DNA of 64,000 nt from positions 143,918 to 207,917 of the forward strand of contig JACQAG010000022.1 in assembly GCA_016195085.1 (NCBI GenBank), read 5' to 3'. Below, in pieces: positions 8,544-17,456 of this stretch. The position numbers were made by a program, and so were the translations under genes. The notes beneath the pieces were generated by a model. That model worked only from the letters and a program-made list of their open reading frames with translations. It had not been told where the DNA came from and did not search any database. Positions within the stretch are counted from its first letter, which is position 1; every line of letters begins with the position of its first letter. The DNA is from Pseudomonadota bacterium (GTDB lineage: Bacteria > Pseudomonadota > Alphaproteobacteria > SHVZ01).

Positions 8544-10502
8544 ATGTCATTCAAGAGCATACGGATCAGCGGTCAGCTCGGCTTGCTTGCCGGCGTTGTC
8601 CTCATCGGATTTGCCGCGATTGGCGGCCTGTACTGGTATGGCGTCGGTCAACAGAATGCGTTCCGCATCGCCGAGGACGCCGCCGTTCTCGCCAAGGAGA
8701 CGGTATCGGCTGCCAGCTACGAATTTCTCGAGGCCCGCGGGCAGGAGAAGAATTTCCTGATGCGGAAGAGCGACGCCGATCTCAAGGCGCATTCGAACGC
8801 GGTGGCCGCCGTACGCAAGAATTTCGATGCACTCAAAGCGATGACGGTCCTGAGAGACGATGCGAAGATGCTCGAGGAGATCGGTACCGGGTTCGAGGCC
8901 TATGTCGCAGGCTTTAATAAGCTCGCAGAGCAGGTGCGCCAAGCCGGCTACACGGAAAGCGAAGGCCTGCAGGGAGCCATGCGAAAGGCGGTGCATGAGA
9001 TCGAGAGCTCCGTCGCTGCCGCCGGAGATCTCCAAGCCACGGCCGATATGCTGATGCTTCGGCGTCACGAAAAGGACTTTCTCGCACGGTCCTCCAAGCA
9101 GTATGTCGATGCCTTCACGAATGCCGAGAAGATACTGCTCGCCCATTTGGCCGCGAGCAATCTAACCGAGGCCGACCAAGCGCATGTCAGGGCGCTGATG
9201 GCGGAGTACAGCAAGTCCTTCCACGATCTGGCGGGCGTATGGATGGTTATCCCGACGGAGACCGCCGCCCTTACGCAAACATTCAACGCGATTACGCCTA
9301 AGGTTGGCGGTCTCATCAGCAAGATCGCGACCATCGCCACGAATGCGGCAGCCGAGAAGCTGGCGACCGACGCGCGCATCAATCTGCTCATGATCTCCAC
9401 GATTCTCGTGTCCCTGATCGCTGTCGGCATCGTCTGCATCGTGATCGCCCGTGCGATCACCCGGCCCTTGACCGCGCTCACCGGTGCCATGCAGAGCCTC
9501 TCGTCCGGCGCGCTCGAAACCGAGGTCCCCGCTCGGGAGTATCGGAACGAGATCGGCACGATCGCCGCGGCGCTCGGCATATTCAAGGACTCGGCTTTGC
9601 GGATGCGCGAGCTCCAGGCCGAGGCCGAGCGCAAGGGTGCCGAGTCGACGATGCGTGCCTCCAAGCTCGGTGCGGCGACCCAAAAGTTCGAAACCACCAT
9701 CCAAGACGTGACCAGCGCCTTGGCGAGCTCCGCTGGCCAGATGCGCTCGACCGCCGAAGCCATGTCGGCGACCGCCGAGGAGACCTCACGCCAGTCGACG
9801 GCCGTCGCCGCAGCCTCCGAACAGGCATCGACCAACGTCCAAACGGTGGCGGCAGCCGCAGAGGAGCTCTCGGCGTCGATTTCGGAGATCTCCCGGCAGG
9901 TCGCGCAGTCGACGGTGGTGACGGGCACCGCATTGGGCCAGGCGAACCAAAGCTCCGCCGCGGTCCGGAGCCTCGCCCAGTCGTCGATGAAGATCGGGGA
10001 AATCATCGATCTCATCAGCGAGATCGCCGGCAAGACCAATCTGCTGGCGCTCAACGCCACGATCGAGGCGGCGCGGGCGGGCGAAGCCGGCAGAGGCTTT
10101 GCGGTGGTCGCCTCCGAGGTCAAGTCGCTCGCCACTCAGACGGCCAAGGCCACCCAAGACATCACCCAGCAGATCTCGACGATTCAGGGCCAGACCGATG
10201 CAGCCGTGAAGACCATCGGTGTCATCTCGGAGACCATAGGCGAAGTGAACGCGATTGCGACCACCATCGCCTCGGCCGTCGAGGAGCAGGGTGCGGCCAC
10301 CAAGGAAATCGCCCGGAATGTTCAGCAGGCCGCAGCGGGAACCAACGAGGTCTCTTCGAACGTGACGGGGGTCAGTCAAGCAGCGAGCGAGACGGGAAAG
10401 AGTGCCGCCGATACGCTCAAGGTCGCGACTGATCTCGGCGCCAAGGCGGAGCTGCTGAAGGTCGAGGTGGAGCGGTTCCTCTCCGAGGTGCGGGCGGCAT
10501 AA
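8544..10502 (+). CDS. methyl-accepting chemotaxis protein with a large helical (bimodular-type) periplasmic sensor
   Basis: ATG 8544 is preceded by GGAGG (8535-8539). Layout is TM1, a ~280-aa helical region with two R/G-x-EK-x-FL motifs ([18 protein letters not shown]), TM2, HAMP, then the conserved signalling hairpin [37 protein letters not shown]. Confidence 0.9.
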   Translation: MSFKSIRISGQLGLLAGVVLIGFAAIGGLYWYGVGQQNAFRIAEDAAVLAKETVSAASYEFLEARGQEKNFLMRKSDADLKAHSNAVAAVRKNFDALKAMTVLRDDAKMLEEIGTGFEAYVAGFNKLAEQVRQAGYTESEGLQGAMRKAVHEIESSVAAAGDLQATADMLMLRRHEKDFLARSSKQYVDAFTNAEKILLAHLAASNLTEADQAHVRALMAEYSKSFHDLAGVWMVIPTETAALTQTFNAITPKVGGLISKIATIATNAAAEKLATDARINLLMISTILVSLIAVGIVCIVIARAITRPLTALTGAMQSLSSGALETEVPAREYRNEIGTIAAALGIFKDSALRMRELQAEAERKGAESTMRASKLGAATQKFETTIQDVTSALASSAGQMRSTAEAMSATAEETSRQSTAVAAASEQASTNVQTVAAAAEELSASISEISRQVAQSTVVTGTALGQANQSSAAVRSLAQSSMKIGEIIDLISEIAGKTNLLALNATIEAARAGEAGRGFAVVASEVKSLATQTAKATQDITQQISTIQGQTDAAVKTIGVISETIGEVNAIATTIASAVEEQGAATKEIARNVQQAAAGTNEVSSNVTGVSQAASETGKSAADTLKVATDLGAKAELLKVEVERFLSEVRAA

Positions 10503-10698
10503 GAGAGCACGGCTTCCGGCCACCCGCGGTCTTGGTGGTACTTATGTGTCGACATGATACGCTAGCGCCAATTGCCGTTTGAGGCCGAACGGGCTTTAGA
10601 ATTGATTTGGTAAGGTGGTCGGGGAGGGGGGCTCGTGCGCCCCTTCTTGGCTTTGGCGATCACCTCCGGGCAGTGCCGTTGATCGACCGGACTTGCGA

Positions 10699-12288
10699 AT
10701 GGAGCCGATGACCGCCTTCGATGCCGCGAAACAAGAAGCGCTGCTTCGTCAGCTTGTAGGCGGCGTGATCGTCTCCTGCCAGCCGGAGCCGGGAGGTCGT
10801 TTCGATGCACCCGAGTCCGTGGTCGCCTTTGCGCTGGCGGCGACGGCGGCGGGGGCGAAGGGCTTGCGCATCCAGGCGGCGAGAAACGTCGAGGCGGTGC
10901 GGAATGCCTGCGCCTTGCCGGTGATCGGCATCGTCAAGCGCGACTTGGAGTCGAGTCCGGTTAGGATCACACCGCTCATCGCCGATGTGGAGGCGCTGGC
11001 GGATGCGGAGGCGGCAATCATCGCCGTCGATGCAACCGAACGGGTGCGGCCGACCCCGGTGGCCGAGCTGATCGCCGCCATCCACCGGCGCGGCCGGATC
11101 GCGATGGCGGACATCGCCACTCCCGGTGAGGCGCTTAGCGCCGTCGCCGCCGGCGCGGACGTGCTCGCCTCGACCATGTCTGGCTACACAGGCCCGGGGC
11201 CGACGCCTGGCCTTCCCGACCTGGCGCTCGTCCGCTACTGCGCCACGCTCGGGCGCCCGGTTTTTGCGGAAGGCCGCTACAATACGCCGGCGCTCGCCGC
11301 CGAAGCGATCCGTGCCGGTGCCACGGCCGTCGTGGTGGGATCGGCGATCACCCGGCCGGAACGCATCACCGCGTGGTTTCGTGCCGCGGTCGAGGCAGCG
11401 TCGCCGACAACGACGCCGGTGTTGGCCTTCGACATCGGCGGCACGAAGACGCTTGCCGCCCTGGTGCTGGGCGCCGAGGTGCTCGAACGTCGGATGGTGC
11501 CGACGCCGCGCGATGTCGCGGATCCCGGCTGGATCGAAGCGATCGCCCGGCTCGCCTCCGGCTGGTCGGGCCGCTACGCCATCGCGTCCGCGGTCGTGAC
11601 CGGCTTGGTGGTGGCTGGCCGCTGGTCGGCGGTCAATTCCGGCGTCTTGCAGATTCCCGAAGGCTATCCGTTGGAGGAGCGCCTATCGAAGGCATTGGGC
11701 GTTCCCACATTGAGCATGAACGACGGCAATGCGGCGGCGTGGGGCGAGTATCGCCATGGCGCCGGGCGCGGGCGGGATCTGGCCTTCGTCACGGTTTCCA
11801 GCGGGATCGGCGGCGGCATCGTCTCCCAGGGGCGCTTGCTGTGCGGAGCGCGCGGTTTTGGCGGCAGCCTCGGGCAGGTGCCCTGGAAGCTTGGCGCCGA
11901 AGGCCGGTCGCTCGAGGCCCGAGCCTCCGGCTTCGGGATGGCGGCGGTCGCGCGGTCCCAGGGTCGCGCTGCAGAGGCGCCGGACGCAGCCGCGATCTTC
12001 GCGGCGGCAGGGCGAGGCTCCCCCTGGGCCGAACAGATCGTCGCCGACGCGATCGACGACCTCGCCGCAGCACTCGTCGGACTGCAGGCCATCATCGACC
12101 CGGATCTGATGGTCATCGGCGGCGGGGTCGGCCTGGCCGAGGGCTTTATCGAGAGGCTCCGCCAGGCAGCGCAGAAGCACCATCGCCTGCTGGTGCCGAA
12201 GATCGTCCCGGCCGCGCTCGGAGCCGATGCCGGCATCGTCGGTGCCGCCGATCTCGCGCTGACGGGCGAGGGGCCGGCCATGCGCTAA
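10699..12288 (+). CDS. fused N-acetylmannosamine-6-phosphate 2-epimerase (NanE-like) / ROK-type sugar kinase (NanK-like)
   Basis: The ATG at 10699 gives MEPMTAF. The N-terminal half (LVGGVIVSCQPEPGG..., LPVIGIVKRD..., ASTMSGYTG, AVVVGSAITRPE) resembles NanE. The C-terminal half starts with LAFDIGGTKT and contains MNDGNAAAWGE and VTVSSGIGGG, as in NanK/ROK kinases. Confidence 0.75.
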   Translation: MEPMTAFDAAKQEALLRQLVGGVIVSCQPEPGGRFDAPESVVAFALAATAAGAKGLRIQAARNVEAVRNACALPVIGIVKRDLESSPVRITPLIADVEALADAEAAIIAVDATERVRPTPVAELIAAIHRRGRIAMADIATPGEALSAVAAGADVLASTMSGYTGPGPTPGLPDLALVRYCATLGRPVFAEGRYNTPALAAEAIRAGATAVVVGSAITRPERITAWFRAAVEAASPTTTPVLAFDIGGTKTLAALVLGAEVLERRMVPTPRDVADPGWIEAIARLASGWSGRYAIASAVVTGLVVAGRWSAVNSGVLQIPEGYPLEERLSKALGVPTLSMNDGNAAAWGEYRHGAGRGRDLAFVTVSSGIGGGIVSQGRLLCGARGFGGSLGQVPWKLGAEGRSLEARASGFGMAAVARSQGRAAEAPDAAAIFAAAGRGSPWAEQIVADAIDDLAAALVGLQAIIDPDLMVIGGGVGLAEGFIERLRQAAQKHHRLLVPKIVPAALGADAGIVGAADLALTGEGPAMR

Positions 12289-12292
12289 ACAA

Positions 12293-12322
12293 AAAGCCGC
12301 GCCAGTTGCCTGGCGCGGCTTT
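12293..12322. terminator. bidirectional Rho-independent terminator between convergent genes
   Basis: AAAGCCGCGCCAG-TTGC-CTGGCGCGGCTTT forms a perfect 13-bp stem (11 G/C-rich pairs plus A/T ends) with a 4-nt loop. A-run and T-run flanks allow it to work on either strand. It begins 5 nt after the nanEK-like stop and ends 17 nt before the MFS stop. Confidence 0.75.
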
Positions 12323-12338
12323 GCCGGAGCTGGCCCGA

Positions 12339-13955
12339 CTAGTGGTGGATCGAGACTTCCTTGTTATCCTTGAGGAAGAGATAGCCGACCACCACGGTCA
12401 TGAGCGAGACGACGATCGGGTACCAAAGTCCATAGTAGATGTCGCCGGACGAAGCCACCATCGCCGTGGCGAGCAGCGGCAGCATGCCGCCAAACCAGCC
12501 ATTGCCGATGTGATAGGGCAGCGACATCGAGGTGTAGCGGATCTTGGTCGGGAACAGCTCGACCAGGAAGGCCGCGATCGGCCCGTAGACCATGGTGACG
12601 TAGATCACCATGATGACGAGCAGCAGCTCGACCATGAAATAGTTGACCTTCGCCGGGTCGGCCGTGGCCGAGAAGCCGGCGGCTTTGAGCGCGTCGTTCC
12701 ATTTCGCCGTGTTCCAGCCCTCGACCTTGGCACTGCCGATGGCGACGTTCACCGCCGGGCCCGGCGCGTGCACGGTGGTGAACGACAGACCGGCCTTGGT
12801 CAGGAAGTCCTTGGCCCGGTCGCAGTCGGTGAAGCTCGACCACGGCCCGACGAAGATGTGGAAGTTGCAGTTGGCCGCGTCGGCCGTCAGCACGATCGGG
12901 TTCTTCTGCTGGAAGGCCTCGAGGTCCGGGTTCGCATAGTGGAGGAGGCCATGGAACAGCGGGAAGTAGGTCACCGCGGCGATCAGGCAGCCCGCCAGGA
13001 TGATCTTGAGCCGTCCGATGCGGTCCGACAGCGCGCCGAAGACGATGAAGAACGGCGTGCCGATGAGCAACGATAGCCCGATCAAGGCATAAGCCGTCAC
13101 GAAGTCGAGCTTGGCCGTGATGGTGAGGAAGAAGAGGGCGTAGAACTGGCCCGTGTACCACACCACGCCCTGGCCGGCGGTGGCGCCGATCAGCGCCAGG
13201 GCCACGAATTTGTTGTTCGGGTACTTGAAGAAGCTTTCGGTGAGCGGAGCGGATGAGCCGCGCCCCTCCGCCTTCATCCGCTGGAATACCGGGGACTCGT
13301 TCAGCTTGAGGCGGATATAGACCGAGAACACCAGCAGGATGAGCGACACCAGGAACGGAATGCGCCAGCCCCAATCGATGAAGGTCTTGGCATCGAAGGT
13401 CGTCCGGCACAGGCCGATGACCAGGAGCGCCAGGAAGAAACCCAGCGTCGCCGTCGTCTGGATCCAGCTGGTGGCGTAGCCCCGCTGATTCTCGGCCGCA
13501 TGTTCGGCGACGTAGGTCGCGGCACCGCCGTATTCGCCGCCAAGCGCCAGACCCTGCGCCAGACGCAGGCTCACCAGCAGGACGGGTGCGAGCCAGCCGA
13601 TTGCCGTGAAGGTGGGCAGGAGGCCGACCGCGAATGTGGCGCTACCCATGACGACGATGGTGATGAGGAAGGTGTATTTGCGCCCGACGAGATCGCCGAT
13701 CCGGCCGAAGAAGACCGCACCGAAGGGGCGCACGAGGAAGCCGGCCGCATAGGTCGCGAAGGCCGAGAGCAGCGCCGCCGTGTCGTTGCCTGGCGGAAAG
13801 AACAGGGCGGCGAAGAAGGGGGCAAGAGTGGCGTAGAGGTAGAAGTCGTACCACTCAAAGACGGTGCCGAGCGAGGAGGCGAAAATGACTCGCCGTTCTT
13901 CCTCCTTCGACACTATGGGCCGCAAGCGGGTGTCAAGGACAGCTTCTGCAGTCAT
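12339..13955 (-). CDS. MFS transporter, metabolite:H+ symporter (MHS) family
   Basis: ATG 13955 is preceded by GGAGG. FEWYDFYLYATLAPFFAALFF, GRIGDLVGRKYTF and FPTKIRYTSMSLPYHIGNGWFGG are typical of ProP/KgtP-like MHS carriers. The upstream 42 codons of the listed ORF are Pro/Arg-rich and were rejected. Confidence 0.85.
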   Translation of the reverse strand: MTAEAVLDTRLRPIVSKEEERRVIFASSLGTVFEWYDFYLYATLAPFFAALFFPPGNDTAALLSAFATYAAGFLVRPFGAVFFGRIGDLVGRKYTFLITIVVMGSATFAVGLLPTFTAIGWLAPVLLVSLRLAQGLALGGEYGGAATYVAEHAAENQRGYATSWIQTTATLGFFLALLVIGLCRTTFDAKTFIDWGWRIPFLVSLILLVFSVYIRLKLNESPVFQRMKAEGRGSSAPLTESFFKYPNNKFVALALIGATAGQGVVWYTGQFYALFFLTITAKLDFVTAYALIGLSLLIGTPFFIVFGALSDRIGRLKIILAGCLIAAVTYFPLFHGLLHYANPDLEAFQQKNPIVLTADAANCNFHIFVGPWSSFTDCDRAKDFLTKAGLSFTTVHAPGPAVNVAIGSAKVEGWNTAKWNDALKAAGFSATADPAKVNYFMVELLLVIMVIYVTMVYGPIAAFLVELFPTKIRYTSMSLPYHIGNGWFGGMLPLLATAMVASSGDIYYGLWYPIVVSLMTVVVGYLFLKDNKEVSIHH

Positions 13956-14273
13956 CGGTGGAATCCTCCGCGTATCGGTTGAGCAATTTTTTTCATTTGG
14001 ATCGGCTGATGGGTGGATCGGCAAGGGAGAAGCCGGCCCCGGCAGGCCGAGGCGGCCTGGAAGTCCGTCCTTGGCGCGCATGGCGCCCCGGCTTCGCCGA
14101 TTTCGTCATCGTTTCCATCCCCCTTGCTTGGCTTTGCACCCACACCGCAGCCAAGTACCGCCGGTAGGGCACGGGGCGTTCTCCGGCCCTCGCGCAGTTC
14201 CGACCACGGGCGATCTCGCCACTGTAAAAATCGCCTGTGTCGCGCTTTCGTGGGTCAAGCATATGTCATAATG

Positions 14274-14301
14274 AGGATCTATTCGCAATGCGAAAGGATC
14301 T
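14274..14301. promoter_or_regulatory. candidate operator: 13-nt palindrome flanked by 7-nt direct repeats
   Basis: AGGATCT-A-TTCGCA-A-TGCGAA-AGGATCT lies in the relatively AT-rich centre of the 680-nt divergent intergenic region between the MFS and acyl-CoA synthetase genes. Confidence 0.3.
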
Positions 14302-14636
14302 CGCGAGTGCCGTGAAAGATCATCTCGACCCTTGAATCTTGGTATTAACCTGGCTGACGTTTGCTTTTGCCTAGATTTCAAGCATGCGCGCCAATTCTGC
14401 GGCTTCTCTGGTCGGATAGCCTTCTTTCGCGGTTGCAACTTGTTCCTTCGCAGCTGCGGCAAGCCAGGGCCTGGTGTGAATTTGCCGATTCGACCGCAGC
14501 GTGTACGCCGAGGGAGGCCGCGCGACTTCGCCTGGCTGCCCACGCTCGTGCCAACTCGGCCCTGTACAGCCAAGGCCTCGATCTGGCGAAATGCGCCCGT
14601 CCACCTCGGTCCTCCCAAGCAGTGTTGCGGACGGTC

Positions 14637-16211
14637 ATGACGCTGAGCGACAAGCGTGCAAACAATCTCGGCTACTACTTCAGCAATGCGGCGATCGCGC
14701 ATGCGGAGAAGGTGGCGTTGATCGATCTGTCCGGCTCGGCGCCGCGCGAGATCGCCTACGCCCTCTTGGACGAACGCCACGACCGGTTTGCCGCGCTCAT
14801 GAGCGGGCTCGGGCTCAAGCCCGGCGACCGCATGGCAATGGCAGTCGGCAATCGCTTCGAGTTCGTCGAGATCATGTACGGCGCCATGCGGGCGGGCGTG
14901 GTGCCGGTGCCGCTCAACACCAAGCTCGCCGCCGATACGCTCGACTACACGATGAAGGATGCCGGCTGCGTCGCCGCCGTCGTCGAACCCGGCGCCAATC
15001 CGCATATGGTGGGGCTGGTCGATGGCCTCGATCTGAAGGTCAAGCTCGCCTTCGCTCCGGTGCCGCAGGGTTGGCTCGACTATGAACGGGAGCTGGCGCA
15101 CGCCGCGCCCGAATTCGATCCGCCGGCGATCGCCGATGATCACCCGTCGTTCCAGCCCTATACCTCGGGTTCGACCGGTCGGCCGAAGGGTGTGGTGCTG
15201 ACGCATGAAGGGCAGCTCTGGTGGATCCGCTGCTTGCAGAAATACTGGCCCGGCCCTCCCGATCAGCGCGCGCTCGCCGCCGTGCCGCTCTACCATAAGA
15301 ACGCCATGGCCGGCGCCATCAAGCCGATGCTGCAATGTGGCGGCTCGGTGGTGATCCTCCCCAATTTTGAGCCGCGCCGGTTCCTGCAGGTGCTCTCCGA
15401 CTACCGCTGCACCCATGCCGGCGGCGTGCCGGCGGTGTTCACGCTGCTTCTGCAGCAGCGCGACCTCATTGCGAGCCTCGACTTCTCCTATCTGCAGGCG
15501 CTCAAGATCGGTTCCGCACCGACGCCGAAGGAGCTCATGGACGCGGTCGAGGCCGCCTTCGGCGTCAAGGTGTCGGAAAGCTATGGGCTCACCGAGGGGG
15601 GGCCGGTGATGATCGGTCCGCCGCTCGATGGCAGGGAGGTGCCCCATGGCAGCTGCGGGGTTGCCTGGCCCGAGGGCGAGATCAAGCTCGCCAGCGCCGA
15701 CGGCAGGGCGAGCGGCAGCTATGGCGAGCTGTGGGTCAAGAACCCGGGTGTCACGCCGGGATATCACGGCCTGCCCGAGGTCAATCGCCAGCGCATCGTC
15801 GATGGCTGGCTCAAGACCGGCGATCTGTTCAGCCGGGACGCGGGCGGCTTCTACTATTTCCGCGGCCGTACCGACGACATGTTCAACTGCGGTGGAGAGA
15901 ACGTCTATCCCCTCGAGGTCGAGAATCTCCTGCTGAAGCACCCCGCCGTCGCCGACGTCTCGGTCGTGCCGGTGCCGCACAAGATCAAGGGCGAAGCGCC
16001 GGTCGCGATGGTCGTACTCGCCAACGGTAAAGCCGCGGACGAGACCGCGCTGAAGTCGTTCTGCCTTTCCGGCGGCCCTGCCTATGCGCATCCGCGCCGC
16101 GTCTTTTTCGTCGACGACCTGCCTTTGAACGGCGCCGGCAAGACCGATCGCAAGGTCGTGCAGAAGCAAGTGCTGGCCATGCTGGGCGAGGCGGGCCTGG
16201 GCGGCGCGTGA
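14637..16211 (+). CDS. AMP-dependent acyl-CoA synthetase/ligase
   Basis: ATG 14637 gives MTLSDKRANN. AMP-binding motifs YTSGSTGRPKGV, SYGLTEGG, GWLKTGD and NGAGKTDRK are present. The 92 upstream codons of the listed ORF are non-coding-like. Confidence 0.85.
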   Translation: MTLSDKRANNLGYYFSNAAIAHAEKVALIDLSGSAPREIAYALLDERHDRFAALMSGLGLKPGDRMAMAVGNRFEFVEIMYGAMRAGVVPVPLNTKLAADTLDYTMKDAGCVAAVVEPGANPHMVGLVDGLDLKVKLAFAPVPQGWLDYERELAHAAPEFDPPAIADDHPSFQPYTSGSTGRPKGVVLTHEGQLWWIRCLQKYWPGPPDQRALAAVPLYHKNAMAGAIKPMLQCGGSVVILPNFEPRRFLQVLSDYRCTHAGGVPAVFTLLLQQRDLIASLDFSYLQALKIGSAPTPKELMDAVEAAFGVKVSESYGLTEGGPVMIGPPLDGREVPHGSCGVAWPEGEIKLASADGRASGSYGELWVKNPGVTPGYHGLPEVNRQRIVDGWLKTGDLFSRDAGGFYYFRGRTDDMFNCGGENVYPLEVENLLLKHPAVADVSVVPVPHKIKGEAPVAMVVLANGKAADETALKSFCLSGGPAYAHPRRVFFVDDLPLNGAGKTDRKVVQKQVLAMLGEAGLGGA

Positions 16212-16616
16212 CGCTTCGGTGCCGATAACGCCGCCATGATCGATGGGCGCGACGATCCCGCATAGCCCCTCTCACCCATCTCGCTTGGACGGCGCATCGC
16301 GCGACGGGCATGGGACAGCGATAGAGCCGCTATCAGGCACGGCGTCGGGCGCCACGAGTCTCTCGAGCGCTGCGGTGCTGGCGCCGCCTTCATGGCTGTC
16401 CCTCCGGCCGGGAGATCTTATTGTGTCTCCTCGGATCGGACTCTAGGACTCGTCGCCCCGCCGCTCAACTAGGGTAAACCCTAGTGTCCCGCCCCTGTAA
16501 TTCGTCCGCGAATTTCCGGGATAAGCGGGTCGCTCATCTGTTTAAACGAGTGTGATTTGGGTTTCGAGGCTCGCCTGCGCGCTTCGGAATCGTCCCGCTC
16601 GTGGGGATGGCGGGCT

Positions 16617-17216
16617 TCAGCCGGTTAACGAAAGGCGTATCAGCTCCGCCAGGGAATGCACCTGAAGCTTCTCCATGATGCGCGCGCGATGCCATTCGAT
16701 GGTCTTGACGCTGACCGCCAGCTCGTCGGCGATCACGCGGTTCGGCTTTCCGGCGACGACGCGCTCCATGACCTCGCGCTCGCGCGGGGTCAAGGCCGCC
16801 AGCTGCGAAGACACGCCTTCGCCGCGTCGACGTCGCGCCCAGGAATCCGCGCTGCTCTTCAGACATGTGCGAACGAGCTCGACCAGGTGCCGGTAGTCGA
16901 AGGGCTTGACCACGAAGTCGACCGCCCCATGCTTCACCGCCGCGACCGCTTGCGCGATCTCGGCGGTGCCGGAAATGAACACGATCGGCAGCTCGACGCC
17001 ACGGTCCTTGAGTCGCTGCTGCAGCGCCAGCCCGTCCATGCCGCCGAGCGTGAGGTCAAGCACGAGGCACACCGGCCCGTCCGCTTCGAAGGCCTCGAGG
17101 AACGACTCGCCGCCGTCGCAGCCGACGACGCGAACGCCTTCCCGTCCCAGCAGCCAGGCGAATAGACGACGAATCGACGGGTCGTCGTCCACGACATAGA
17201 CGACCGGCCTTGCCAT
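16617..17216 (-). CDS. response regulator, FixJ/LuxR (NarL) family
   Basis: Receiver domain with VVYVVDDD, acceptor region CLVLDLTLGGMDG and DFVVKPF. C-terminal LuxR HTH LTPREREVMERVVAGKPNRVIADELAVSVKTIEWHRARIMEKL. Confidence 0.85.
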   Translation of the reverse strand: MARPVVYVVDDDPSIRRLFAWLLGREGVRVVGCDGGESFLEAFEADGPVCLVLDLTLGGMDGLALQQRLKDRGVELPIVFISGTAEIAQAVAAVKHGAVDFVVKPFDYRHLVELVRTCLKSSADSWARRRRGEGVSSQLAALTPREREVMERVVAGKPNRVIADELAVSVKTIEWHRARIMEKLQVHSLAELIRLSLTG

Positions 17217-17456
17217 CTCCGGTTCGACCGAGGCCACAGCGGCGCCCCAGGCCATGCGCGCCTCCCGTCCTGCGCCGGGCAATGTTGATGCTTACGGGGG
17301 ATTCTGACAATAGGCATAAGATCGTGGCGGCCCCCCGACCGTTAGTAAAATCGCGCAACTTTATGATCGTCAATCGGACGGCGCCCGGCGCCGGCGGCAT
17401 TTCGAGGCCCAAGGCGGCGGCGGCCACGCGCCTCGCTGGCTGGGCGGGTGACAGCG

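Noticed and set aside
14106-16169. 687-aa reverse-strand ORF opposite the acyl-CoA synthetase
   Set aside because: This is a typical high-GC shadow ORF. It has no motifs and an extreme Arg/Ala/Gly/His composition, whereas the plus strand carries complete AMP-binding motifs.
16469-16484. Palindrome CTAGGGT-AA-ACCCTAG between the convergent synthetase and regulator genes
   Set aside because: The 2-nt loop is too small for an RNA hairpin and no U-tract follows, so it was not called a terminator. It could be a protein-binding site, but there is no supporting context.
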